This document shows, piece after piece, positions 1-9,962 of a DNA stretch of 64,000 nucleotides. A program made the translations under genes and the position numbers. The stretch comes from Thermoproteota archaeon (lineage in GTDB: Archaea; Korarchaeota; JAOZGF01; JAOZFZ01): positions 1 through 64,000 of the forward strand of contig JAOZFT010000020.1 of assembly GCA_027492035.1 (NCBI GenBank), read 5' to 3'. Positions within the stretch are counted from its first letter, which is position 1. Each line of letters begins with the position of its first letter. The notes under the pieces are model-generated. The model was not told where the DNA came from. It worked only from the letters and a program-made list of their open reading frames with translations, and made no database searches.

Positions 1-2
1 GT

Positions 3-473
3 TTCTTATCATTATTTCTAACTAGGTTTCGATCAACTTCATTTCCTATAGGTAGGGTTGTTATAGCTAGAATATATTATTATGATGCCATAGTTCCTGT
101 AGAAGAAGATCCTAATGAGCATAAGAAACAGAAAGAATTCTTTAATAAACTTCAGCTTAAGATGGGTATGTGTGAAGTAAAGCTTGGGGATATAATTACT
201 ACCGATAAAGGTCGTAAGCAAAAGGGTGTAGATACTTTAATAGCTATCGACATGATAACTAAGGCATATTTAAATCACTATGATGTAGCTTATTTGGTAG
301 CGGGAGATAGGGATTTCGTAAATGTAGTTAAAGCTGTGAAGGACTATACGGGGAAGATAGTTGTCGGAGCATTTGAGCCTACAAGCATATCGGAGGAATT
401 ACTAAGAGTTTTCGATTGGAGGAGACCTATAAGGAAAGAAGAGTTAAGTAGAATTTGTGAAGAAGTTAGATAA
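3..473 (+). CDS. NYN domain (LabA/DUF88, PIN-like) protein, 5'-truncated by the window edge
   Basis: Frame is open from position 3 (..RIYYYDAIVP..) into the listed ORF. Motifs QKGVDTLIAIDM and LVAGDRDF are typical of NYN domains. Confidence 0.9.
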   Translation, partial: FLSLFLTRFRSTSFPIGRVVIARIYYYDAIVPVEEDPNEHKKQKEFFNKLQLKMGMCEVKLGDIITTDKGRKQKGVDTLIAIDMITKAYLNHYDVAYLVAGDRDFVNVVKAVKDYTGKIVVGAFEPTSISEELLRVFDWRRPIRKEELSRICEEVR

Positions 474-521
474 AGCGCCACCTAAGTAATAAGTTAACCA
501 TAGTTACCCCTACCTTCTTCA

Positions 522-755
522 TTAATGCTTTCCCCCTGTTCTCTGAAGTAAGCGAAATATACCAAATATGACTAGACCGATGCCTCCAAAGAAAAGGAAA
601 TAGGCGAGGGGTGAAGGTATATGGATTGGGTGTGGATGTTCAATAAACCCCTCCTGCTTCCCTCCAATCATGATGGAGTGAGTTAAAACCCAAAGGATCA
701 CTAAGCCAACTGAGCCAATAATTACACATAAAATGCCTTGGCGCATCCTCCCCAC
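522..755 (-). CDS. Small two-TM membrane protein, unknown function
   Basis: 77 aa with two hydrophobic segments flanking a His/Pro-rich loop. Confidence 0.6.
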   Translation of the reverse strand: MGRMRQGILCVIIGSVGLVILWVLTHSIMIGGKQEGFIEHPHPIHIPSPLAYFLFFGGIGLVIFGIFRLLQRTGGKH

Positions 756-1046
756 TTTACTTCACTTCTCCTTTACTCTTAAATATTTAAAGTTCATGCT
801 TAAATAAATACAAGGACCCTTCTGGTTTAAAAAGCTATGCCTTTGTACAGCCGTACAAGCCGTTTGTACAAGGGAAAAGTTGGTTTAGATTTAAAACTTC
901 AGCTAACCAGCTTTCCAGCTTATTACCCCCCTTTTCCTGCATGAGCTTTGCCATTTCCACTTCTCGCATGCTTTGGCCGCTGTTAGCGCTCTGCGAATCC
1001 CAAAGCTCCTAAGGCTAGTAACAAACTCATGGGAGCTTCAGGAACT

Positions 1047-1346
1047 CACACCTTTTTCCACCAAGCTAAAATCCCTGCAACTACTAAACGTATGCTAACC
1101 AAAGCTTCCTGCGCGTAAGATGATCCCAGCAATGCCAAAGATTATACTCACTACTGCCCCAATCTTTCTTGTTCTCTCAAAAATCAATAAAATTAGTGGA
1201 ATAACTCCCAGAGTAGAGGCTAGTAAAATAACGTACCCTACTATTGCTAGCGGAAAAGCACCCCATCCACCTGAGAGCAAAAAAGCTCCAAGGACAAATT
1301 GAATTACCATCCCGAGTAAGGCGACGTACCAGCTTTTGAGCTTCAT
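1047..1346 (-). pseudogene. Multi-TM membrane protein, probably frameshifted near the C-terminus
   Basis: The 83-aa hydrophobic ORF stops at 1095. An adjacent frame continues as ..LVSIRLVVAGILAWWKKV-stop, which looks like the natural last helix. Confidence 0.5.
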
Positions 1347-1435
1347 GGTTAATATTTAATTTAATCGTTTATATCTCTTAAATAAGTTTTGTTTGGCTTA
1401 CCCTAAGTGAGTTGCCTCAATAAACTCCTCAAGGG

Positions 1436-2115
1436 ATGGACATACCTAGCTGGAAGATACACGAAAAATGGTGTGAAGCTCTTGGAATAAGAAAGGAAGT
1501 GTGTCTGAAGGTTAACAGAATAATAGACTCTCCTCCCCATGACTCAGTGGATAGACTTCTCAAATGGGGATGGGCGAGGGAACTGTTTGAGTCAGGAGAG
1601 TTAAACATGCCTATTGGTGCTATTGGAAGGGATGATTACTACAAGGTTACTTCGAAGCTGGCTGAGATAACAAATAAATTCGGCCAGGAAGGTGTTAAAG
1701 CAACTCTCAGCCATGTTGCATTGAATAGAATTGCTGAGTTAGTCGAGTTGGGGTTTGACAAGGAGGGAATAAGAAAGAAGCTTATTGAAGCTGATTTGAT
1801 GAAGTACATCCCGGAGTATGACCAAGCTTTTGCTGATGTATTTCATGAGGTTAAGCCAAGTGAGAGTAAAATTAAGAGGAGAAAAAAATTCGAAGAATTG
1901 GCAAGGAGCGAGGTATACGGAGTTTTCTACACAAGAGGGAGACTGTTTCCCGCTGTTCCAGGCTTAGTTTATGTAAAAAGTAAAATAAAGAAAGAAGAGA
2001 CTTTTATGTTAAGTGGGGTATCAATGCTTATGAGGCTCAGAGGGGAAGAATAAGAAAGTCTATTTCTAGTGAGGAAGAGTTGAAAGAGTTGATCAACGAA
2101 ATCAAAGACGCTTAG
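1436..2115 (+). pseudogene. Hypothetical protein with His-rich putative metal motifs (PSWKIH..HD..HVALN), probable C-terminal frameshift
   Basis: ORF 1436-2053. From about 2000 another frame reads FYVKWGINAYEAQRGRIRKSISSEEELKELINEIKDA-stop(2115), which is more protein-like than the listed tail. Confidence 0.5.
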
Positions 2116-2311
2116 GATAACTTCACCCAGCAGCAAAAAGGCTTGCTACGCTTGGGTTATTTAGCCAATAGGCTGGAAGGGAAACATAGAATTGCTTACA
2201 TGCAAATTGAAGAAGCTAAGACTAGCCATCTCACCAGAGTTGCAGGAAGTGGTGCTTGAAGGTGAAAGGTTTAAATTTTTTTTAACTTATTAAACTATTT
2301 TTGGTGAGCGG

Positions 2312-3856
2312 ATGGACAAGGCCAGTAAAATTTTAAAGGAGTATGAGCGATTCAGTAGGGATGTAGGTAAGCATTCGGACGAGGTAGTAGAGTGCTTCCT
2401 GCATGAGCATGGGGAGAAGTACAAGGACCTTAGCTACGCAGATTTTATAAAAACTTTTAGGTCGATGGGCTACCTAATACCTCCGGAATGGGTGAATGGT
2501 TCGGAGCTTCGTAAGAAGCCAGTGGAAAAGTTAAAGGACTTTTTGATCAGAGCGGAGGAAGAGCGAACTCTCAAGTCAGTTAGGGAGGAATACAAACGAT
2601 TGATAAAATCTAGGCTTAACCAAAGGAATGAAGAGGAGCTGGAGCGTCTTTTGATTACTTTGATGGACGAAGGCGTGGATGATGAGTTGCTAGAGGCAGC
2701 AGAGGAGCTCAAAAATGAAGGCTGGATCGAAAGGGTTCCGACGACTCTCAACGATGGCTCGGCTGAATCAAGCTGCTGGGCTTACCAACAGAAAAGCTGG
2801 AGTGAAAGGCATCCAAGGCTGAGCAGTTGGCTGAAGAAGCTTGCAGCCATCTCCCTGCCAGCAATTTACCTGGGTGCCATGGCCGGTTGTGTCAATCTAC
2901 CAAAACAACCAATTGACAAGCCTCCTTCCATACACATGGTTAGGGTTAAGCAGGATAAGCCTATAATCGGTGTTATAAAGAAGTACAGGCATTTGCTCTT
3001 TAACGAAAGCGTTACTCTTAGTTTTTATGCGAACGCTAGCGATGACGTTGGAGTTAAAAGTGTGTGGGTAGAGATGCCTATTGCCAACTTAACCATGAGT
3101 CACCTAAAAAATGGGTTGTATGGTTGTAATCTGACACTGAAAGAGTTGAATCCAAGCAGGGCTTACTTGCCGTTCGTCGTTAAAGCTTTTGACGGCAGAA
3201 ACGTTGCTAGCATTACTGGCAAGTATTGGCTTGTTTTTAATGAAGTTGTTATAGAGGGTGTACCAGCTGGTCCCCCTCATCTCAATTGTGGCGTCTCTTC
3301 TGCAGTAAAAATACTACGATATTGGGGAATAAACATGACTGCTGAAGAGTTTATAAAGAAGTTCAACATCACGTTTCAGTATGGGGATGTGCTCCTTGAG
3401 GACATTTTTTCGCCGCATCCACCGAAAGAATTAAACATGATCTTGGTTAGAAACTATCACCAAGACGAATTACCGTTCTTTAATCCCTACAACTTGACAC
3501 ACATTATTTCGCTTGGATTCCCAGCAAGCATAGTTACTTGGAACTGTAACTTAACTAATGAGACTTTTTCCCACGCATTTACATGTAGCGGTTTTAAAAG
3601 GGTTAATGGAAGTCTGTACTTATACTTATCGAACTGGGTTATTTCCGAGAATGGGAATTCAATTACAAAATACTGGGATGGCCCTGCCCCTTTCTTACGA
3701 AGATCGACTCCTTGCGTTCCTATTGTCTATGGGCTGCCTCACCGCGACGAAAAAACTGGCCAATTTCTTGGATTTACGCTCTATTCCAGAACAAACATGT
3801 TTAGCTATGACACTTACATACCCAAAAAGTATAAATATTTATTTGAGTCAAGATAA
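2312..3856 (+). CDS. Membrane-anchored protein: N-terminal helical domain, internal TM/lipobox-like segment, Ig-like domain, C39-like (papain-fold) peptidase domain
   Basis: LAAISLPAIYLGAMAGC segment; NASDDVGVKSVWV Ig-like strand; NCGVSSAVKILRYWG (catalytic Cys helix); HAFTCSGF (catalytic His strand); YLYLSN. Confidence 0.7.
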   Translation: MDKASKILKEYERFSRDVGKHSDEVVECFLHEHGEKYKDLSYADFIKTFRSMGYLIPPEWVNGSELRKKPVEKLKDFLIRAEEERTLKSVREEYKRLIKSRLNQRNEEELERLLITLMDEGVDDELLEAAEELKNEGWIERVPTTLNDGSAESSCWAYQQKSWSERHPRLSSWLKKLAAISLPAIYLGAMAGCVNLPKQPIDKPPSIHMVRVKQDKPIIGVIKKYRHLLFNESVTLSFYANASDDVGVKSVWVEMPIANLTMSHLKNGLYGCNLTLKELNPSRAYLPFVVKAFDGRNVASITGKYWLVFNEVVIEGVPAGPPHLNCGVSSAVKILRYWGINMTAEEFIKKFNITFQYGDVLLEDIFSPHPPKELNMILVRNYHQDELPFFNPYNLTHIISLGFPASIVTWNCNLTNETFSHAFTCSGFKRVNGSLYLYLSNWVISENGNSITKYWDGPAPFLRRSTPCVPIVYGLPHRDEKTGQFLGFTLYSRTNMFSYDTYIPKKYKYLFESR

Positions 3857-4301
3857 ATATTATTTCATGGAACGAATTTTCTTTTTTGTAGGGTTTATCA
3901 TTCTAGCTATAATCCTCCCCTCCTCCCCCTCCTCAACGTTGCTTGGAAGGTAGGCTTTAACACCTCTCTGTACCGGAGAGAAATAAGATAAGATTTAAAA
4001 TTTTGCCCTTTATTCTAGCTAAAACTAGATATATAACCCCATCAAATAGGATTCACTTAATTATTTAATTGTATACTTAAAAACTTCATTAAAAATTAAA
4101 GACTTTAAATTATCACTTTTAATAAATCCAGCTTCATAACCGTAAATAGGTCAAAACAATTTTAGGTTCAATATTTAAGGATTAAGCGATGGCTAGGTAG
4201 GAAATTACTGTTCCACGAAAAAATAGAAGAAGATTAAAACAACCTTAAATGTTAAAAAGCATAAAAGTTTTTGCAATTTAAATGAAAACAGTGAAGCAAG
4301 C

Positions 4302-4688
4302 ATGTTTTTAAAGACTCATTTAAAAATAAATAAGAAATTATGCGGTGAACCTTTAAAAATTGGGAATGGTTCAGCTGAAGTTAAACTTGTCACAAGTCAA
4401 GAAATGGTTGTTGATAGGTACGGCCTTATACATGGAGGCTTCATTTTTGGGTTAGCAGATTACTCCGCCATGTTGGCAGTGAACCATCCAAACGTGGTCT
4501 TAGCAAGCGCTGAAGTTAAGTTTTTGAAACCGGTAAAAATAGGTGAAGTGTTACTTGCTAAAGCTGAAATAAAAGCTTCACGTGGAAGAAGGAAAGTTGT
4601 AAAGGTTGAAGTTGAACGAGGAAACGAGAAAGTGTTTGAGGGAGAGTTTATTTGCATCGTTACAAAAAAACATGTACTGAAAAATTAA
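4302..4688 (+). CDS. PaaI-family hotdog-fold thioesterase
   Basis: GLIHGGFIFGLADYSAMLAVN and VKFLKPVKIG motifs. Confidence 0.9.
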   Translation: MFLKTHLKINKKLCGEPLKIGNGSAEVKLVTSQEMVVDRYGLIHGGFIFGLADYSAMLAVNHPNVVLASAEVKFLKPVKIGEVLLAKAEIKASRGRRKVVKVEVERGNEKVFEGEFICIVTKKHVLKN

Positions 4689-6235
4689 GGTCTGATTTTG
4701 TAAATTTTCACTGAACCATAACTATACACTTTAAACCAATAGGTTGTGTTCTCGAATTTATTAGGTCCATCAAAGTAAGAGTAGGGATCAGTTGCTTTGA
4801 AACTGTAAGGTGAAACAACCCAATAAACTCCATTAATTATTCTGTCAGAAATTACCACATAAGTTACATTATACTTCTTCATTAAATTGTAGGCTTGTAA
4901 AGGATTTTTAAGAAAAATTATTCTTTCTGCGTCCCAGCATCTCTGAGCATAATCCCTGCACATCTCCCAACATCCTCCATACATCACTACTCTTGCAGCT
5001 CTACCTATTACTGCTTCTGAAAAAACATGGTCAGCTAAAAATGTAGAATTTTCTTCAGTATTTTGGCTTATCCACTCTAAAGCTTTTATTTCGTCAGGAT
5101 TAAGCAGCACCCTATATTTTGGATTAGTGGATCTAATAGATGAAGGGTACATTGAGTAAAAACCAATAATGAACAAAGTGATAAGTGATAAGGTTTTTAA
5201 GTACTTATTACCCAATCTTTCTGTTAAGTACTTTACGCCATATCCTATCGAAAAAGCAAGGGGCACTGCTAAAAAAGGGACATATCTCCACCACTCTAAA
5301 GGTTTTACAGGATTGTATGTAGAGAAAAATAAGAGAATGCAGGTCCAAGTGTAAATCAAAGAAGTTAACTTTTTCTTTTTTTTCCTTTCTAAGAAAAGAG
5401 TTACTAAACCAAAAACCGACAAAATAATAAATGGTTCGCTGTAGTGGTTAACAAAATCCTGTATAGAAGGGTATTTACCCATCTCTGAAATCATAGAGTT
5501 AGCAGGGCCATACTTCAAAAATAAAGGTGCAAAATAAAGTAAGGCGGGGATTGTAGAGAGAAGAAGCCACTTTACAGTTTTCAACCCGTTTTCATTATTC
5601 CAGTAAAAAATAACTAGGGGAATAAGTGTTAACACAAATATAACTTCAATGAATGCATTTAAAAAAACTAGGATGGCATTAATAAGGAAAAGAAGAATCA
5701 GGTTCTTACCTGCCTTCTCCAATGAATTCTTAACTGAAATTAGCCCTAAAGGAAGAAGGGTGATACCTATCGTTACAGGAGCCATGTAATATGTTTCATT
5801 CATAAAGGAATAAGTAAAGCAAAGGTAACTTACAGCTAAGAAGGCACTTTCTTTACTCTCCAAAAACTGTTTAAACAAAAAATAAAAAGTTACACAAGAC
5901 AATGCACCTACAGAAGGGGCAAAGTACCTTGACACTATCTCTACAGGTACTTTAAAAACTAAGGAAAAGAAAGCTAGGCAAATATGGTACAGTGGAGGAT
6001 AAGTATAAGGAACCCCTCCATAACTTAAGTCGAGTTCAGGCCTCCAACCATGTTTAATCCACATTTTAGCCATGCCAACGTGATAATATGATTGATAATA
6101 CCAAGTCAATGTCAGATCAGGCAGTTGTGAAAGATAAAAAAGCCTGGGAGTTAAAAGCAGAACAAATAAAGCAACCAAAATAAAAAACTCAATTAAATTT
6201 TCTGTGTTGAAGTTTCCTGTTTTCTCATTTGCCAA
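4685..6235 (-). CDS. GT-C fold polytopic membrane glycosyltransferase (PMT/STT3-like)
   Basis: About 11-13 TM helices; YYH..YTYPPLYH loop; ALEWISQNTEENSTFLAD; LMKKYNVTYVVI; C-terminal VKIYKI. Confidence 0.75.
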   Translation of the reverse strand: MANEKTGNFNTENLIEFFILVALFVLLLTPRLFYLSQLPDLTLTWYYQSYYHVGMAKMWIKHGWRPELDLSYGGVPYTYPPLYHICLAFFSLVFKVPVEIVSRYFAPSVGALSCVTFYFLFKQFLESKESAFLAVSYLCFTYSFMNETYYMAPVTIGITLLPLGLISVKNSLEKAGKNLILLFLINAILVFLNAFIEVIFVLTLIPLVIFYWNNENGLKTVKWLLLSTIPALLYFAPLFLKYGPANSMISEMGKYPSIQDFVNHYSEPFIILSVFGLVTLFLERKKKKKLTSLIYTWTCILLFFSTYNPVKPLEWWRYVPFLAVPLAFSIGYGVKYLTERLGNKYLKTLSLITLFIIGFYSMYPSSIRSTNPKYRVLLNPDEIKALEWISQNTEENSTFLADHVFSEAVIGRAARVVMYGGCWEMCRDYAQRCWDAERIIFLKNPLQAYNLMKKYNVTYVVISDRIINGVYWVVSPYSFKATDPYSYFDGPNKFENTTYWFKVYSYGSVKIYKIRP

Positions 6236-6472
6236 TTACATCCTCTCTCAAGTCAAGAAAATCCTTGAATTTTTTCAATGAAAAAAGAAATTTTTTTAAA
6301 TTTTTTCCAGATAAAAAATTTGTCCAGCCTTGCAAACCTTCACTCTTTAAAGTTATTTTTCAGAAAGGAAGTTTTCAAAAAATTTTTAATTGTTACTCTA
6401 AGACCTTTCTTCACAAATCTAAACCAATTTATTTAAAAATTTTTTAATCTAAAAACGGAGGAGAATGGATAA

Positions 6473-6754
6473 ATGGAGAAGGATAAAGTAATTGGGGCAT
6501 TATTAGTTTTGGTTTGCTTAGTAGTGGCAGCTTTCTATACCTGGGGAATATTTTTAGCTCCTGAAATAATTCAAGTTTGGTTAACAAGGGTTACAGTATA
6601 TATTGCAGTGTTAATTTTAATGGTGCTAGGTATATGGATCGGCTACACTTTAGCTACTACACCTTCAGCGGAAGAAATAGAAAAAGAGCTTGGCGAAATA
6701 GAGGAAAAAACTGGTGAAGAATCTGAAAAAAACTTGAAAAAAGAAGCGAAGTAA
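6473..6754 (+). CDS. Small two-TM protein of a conserved archaeal family, DPM2-like
   Basis: KDKVIGALLVLVCL..FYTW..LGIWIGYTLATTP followed by an acidic coiled tail. GGAGGAG SD upstream. Confidence 0.75.
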   Translation: MEKDKVIGALLVLVCLVVAAFYTWGIFLAPEIIQVWLTRVTVYIAVLILMVLGIWIGYTLATTPSAEEIEKELGEIEEKTGEESEKNLKKEAK

Positions 6755-6829
6755 TTAATTCTTCTTCCCTGCAACATTCCCTTAATTCGCTGTAACTCCT
6801 GAATTTAAATTCACCTTTTAAAAACTTCT

Positions 6830-7687
6830 TTAAGTTTTCTTCGGAATTGTTATAATGAGAGCTGTAAGTATCAAGAAGTATCCTGTTACTTGCCTTAAAC
6901 TATAGGTTTCTCCCAACCAAATTATTGCAAAGAAACTGGCAAAAATAGGTTCTAAAAGATAAATTATTGCCGCTTTAGTTGCAGATACTCCTCTCTGGCC
7001 AAGTATTTGAAGAGAAAGCGCTAAAGAAGTAGCTATAACTGCTAAATAAATCATCAAAACAGTTGGGAAAAACATAAATTTACCTTTCTCTTCACCCATC
7101 AATAAACCTGTAACTAAACTCAAAAGTGAAGTAGTTAATATTTCGACGAAAGTTAAGGGCAACACCTCAAATTTTTTTGAAAAAAAGCTTATTGTAACAA
7201 CTTGAAAAGCGCATGCAATTGAACAAATAAAAATCAATATGTCTCCGAAACCAAATGTCAAGTTTTCAGTTAAAGAAGATAAGGCAGTACCTGTTAAAGC
7301 AAACAAAACTGCTAAAGTTAATCTCTTTGAAGGTTTTTCTCTTAACGTAAAGTGTTCAATCAAGTAAACAAACACGACGTTTAAACTTGTTATAAAAGCT
7401 GCATTCGAAGCTGAAGTGAATTTTAACCCTATTGTCTGCAAAACAAAAGCTAGGAAATTAGTGAATCCGATTACAAAACCTGCTAACAAAGAGTTTCTAT
7501 TTAGCGAACTCTTAAATTTACCTATTAAAGGCATGAATACCAATGAAGCAATTAAAAAACGGTAACCAACAAAAAGAACAGGAGAAAAATAAGTTAAACA
7601 AATTTTAATAGCTGAAAAAGTAGTTCCCCAGATCAAAGTTAAAAGAAGCAAAATTAGGCTACTTCTTAACTCTTCATCTAATTTCAT
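6830..7687 (-). CDS. EamA/DMT family transporter
   Basis: 10 TM in two repeats; IWGTTF, GLKFTSASNAAFI and LLEPIFA motifs. Confidence 0.92.
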   Translation of the reverse strand: MKLDEELRSSLILLLLTLIWGTTFSAIKICLTYFSPVLFVGYRFLIASLVFMPLIGKFKSSLNRNSLLAGFVIGFTNFLAFVLQTIGLKFTSASNAAFITSLNVVFVYLIEHFTLREKPSKRLTLAVLFALTGTALSSLTENLTFGFGDILIFICSIACAFQVVTISFFSKKFEVLPLTFVEILTTSLLSLVTGLLMGEEKGKFMFFPTVLMIYLAVIATSLALSLQILGQRGVSATKAAIIYLLEPIFASFFAIIWLGETYSLRQVTGYFLILTALIITIPKKT

Positions 7688-7849
7688 GAATTAAGATCTC
7701 CCTCCCTTTTTCTTGGAAAATAGCAATTTTTTAAAAGAAACCTGGCGAATGTCTTTAACATCTCACCTCCCCTTTTTAAATATGAAAGTTTAAAGTAGAA
7801 GCACTAGAATTTTACAAATTTCTTTAAAGGAAAGAAGTTGTGAAAAACT

Positions 7850-9067
7850 ATGGAGTTAATTAGTCCTTTTCTTTTGCTAGGGATAGCTGCTTTTGTTGGT
7901 TTGCTTGGTGGGAAATTTGTTGAAAAAATAGGTCTACCAGAAGTAGTAGGGCTGATAGTGATAGGTTTAATTCTTGGTGAATCATTTCTGAACATTCTTC
8001 CCCAAAACAAACTTGGAACTTTCAAACCTATTACAGATTTAGCTTTGGCCTTTTTCGGTTTCTTTGTAGGAGCTGAATTAATGCTTGAAAAATTGAGTAA
8101 GTTCAAAAACAACATTTTAACTATATTGCTTTTTGAAACCCTTGTAACTTTCGGCCTTGTTACTTCAACTATTTACCTTTACTCTTCAAGTTTCTCTGTA
8201 GCTTTTCTTCTAGGTGCTCTAGCTGTTTCTACAGCTCCAGCAGCTACTGCAGACGTACTGTGGGAATACAAAGCTGAAGGGTCTTTAACAACAACAATTT
8301 TTGCATTAATAGGTTTAGATGACGTTATAGCTATTTTGCTTTTCTCTATAGCAAGTAGCTATGCAAAATCAATGTTCCTAAACCTAACTTTTTCCTTTTT
8401 CGACGCATTTAAACTTTTTATTCATGAAACCGGTGGAGCTGTTCTTTTAGGTTTACTTTTGGGGGGATTGTTAGTGCTTATAAGTAGAGAAATGAATAGG
8501 AAGAGAGACCTTCTAGTATTAGCAGTAGGGATCGTTATTCTTTGTAGTGGTGTTTCAGAGTACTTCGGTTTCTCAGAAGTGTTGTCCAACCTAGTTTTAG
8601 GGTTTATTTTCGTTAATAATTGCAAAAAAGCCCAGAAGTCGCTGGAATTTGTTAGGGAAATAACTTCTCCCCTCTTTGTCTTGTTTTTTGTCTTAACAGG
8701 TGCAAGATTAAACATAAAACTCCTCCCTGAACTAGGAGTAGTAGGGTTGCTTTACCTTTTCATGAGAATACTTGGAAAAACAGCCGGTTCCACCGTAGGC
8801 GCTAAAATCTCAAATGCTTCCTCTGAAGTGCAGCAAAACATTGGCTTTTGCCTTTACTCCCAAGCAGGTGTAACTGTAGGATTAGCAACACTTTTTTACC
8901 AAGAAATAACAAAGTTAAACCCATCCATGGCTGTAACTGCTTTACATATACTAAATACCGTAATAGTAACTACCCTAATACTGCTCTTTTTCGGGCCTTC
9001 AGTAACGAAGTATGCAATTGCAAAAGCTGGAGAAATAAACAAAAGGAAAGTGCAAATTGAGGAATAA
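7850..9067 (+). CDS. Cation:proton antiporter (CPA2 family)
   Basis: LPEVVGLIVIGLILG, STAPAAT, GLDDVIA, FFVLTGA and QAGVTVGLA motifs. Confidence 0.9.
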   Translation: MELISPFLLLGIAAFVGLLGGKFVEKIGLPEVVGLIVIGLILGESFLNILPQNKLGTFKPITDLALAFFGFFVGAELMLEKLSKFKNNILTILLFETLVTFGLVTSTIYLYSSSFSVAFLLGALAVSTAPAATADVLWEYKAEGSLTTTIFALIGLDDVIAILLFSIASSYAKSMFLNLTFSFFDAFKLFIHETGGAVLLGLLLGGLLVLISREMNRKRDLLVLAVGIVILCSGVSEYFGFSEVLSNLVLGFIFVNNCKKAQKSLEFVREITSPLFVLFFVLTGARLNIKLLPELGVVGLLYLFMRILGKTAGSTVGAKISNASSEVQQNIGFCLYSQAGVTVGLATLFYQEITKLNPSMAVTALHILNTVIVTTLILLFFGPSVTKYAIAKAGEINKRKVQIEE

Positions 9068-9140
9068 CTTTTCAAAAATTATTAAGTAGTTTAAAATATT
9101 AAAAATACTGGGTAAAAAATTCTAACACTGTAAAGATAGG

Positions 9141-9881
9141 TTGGGTTTTATGGGTTCTATATCCTCCTTTATCAACCTTTTATTTAGCTCAAAATATACC
9201 GTAGCATTTACAGGATCCGGTGTTTCAGCTGAAAGTGGAATACCTACCTTCAGGGGAAAAAAAGGTATTTGGAAGAGAATAAACCCTGACACAGTAGCTA
9301 CTAGGGAGGGCTTCCTTAAAAACCCTGTATTTGTTTGGAAGTGGTACCTGGAAAGGTTTAAAACATTAGAAGGAGCTAAAGTGAATTATGCTCATATTGC
9401 TTTAGCTAAATTAGAGAAAAAGGGGCTCCTAAAAGCAGTTATAACTCAAAACATTGATGGTTTACATCAGAAAGCAGGATCCAAAAAAGTAATAGAGTTA
9501 CATGGAACAGTTAAAAAAGTCAAATGTTTGAAATGTGGGAAAAAATTCAGTTCATCAATAGTCTCAAATACTTTACCTCCAACATGTCCAAAATGTGGCG
9601 GGTTACTTAGACCAGATGTTGTATGGTTCGGTGAACCTCTCCCTGAAAAAACCTTAAATGAAGCATTTCAGGAAGTTTCAAAAACCGATTTACTTATAGT
9701 TATCGGAACAAGTGGAACAGTCATGCCTGCTGCAATGATTCCGTATTTAGCTAAACAGAAAGGAGCTAAAATTGTTGAGGTAAATACTGAAGAGACCCCA
9801 ATTACTGCAATAGCTGACCTTTTTTTCAAAGAACCGTGCAGCATCCTCTTCCGCAAATTAATGGAAGAAGCAAAAATATAA
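9141..9881 (+). CDS. cobB: Sir2-family NAD-dependent protein deacylase
   Basis: TGSGVSAESGIPTFRG, TQNIDGLHQKAG, ELHG, two CxxC, RPDVVWFGE, GTSGTV. Confidence 0.95.
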   Translation: MGFMGSISSFINLLFSSKYTVAFTGSGVSAESGIPTFRGKKGIWKRINPDTVATREGFLKNPVFVWKWYLERFKTLEGAKVNYAHIALAKLEKKGLLKAVITQNIDGLHQKAGSKKVIELHGTVKKVKCLKCGKKFSSSIVSNTLPPTCPKCGGLLRPDVVWFGEPLPEKTLNEAFQEVSKTDLLIVIGTSGTVMPAAMIPYLAKQKGAKIVEVNTEETPITAIADLFFKEPCSILFRKLMEEAKI

Positions 9882-9962
9882 TTAAAAAATACCAACAAAA
9901 GAAAAATTTTTTAAGTAAAATTTAAAAATAAACACTGCATTTTATTTTAGTGGTGAAGGATA

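Noticed and set aside
3558-3953. 131-aa ORF overlapping the peptidase gene
   Set aside because: An alternate frame over the catalytic region of a well-supported gene, with no motifs.
4685-6235. Calling this AglB/STT3 oligosaccharyltransferase
   Set aside because: No WWDYG motif and shorter than typical AglB.
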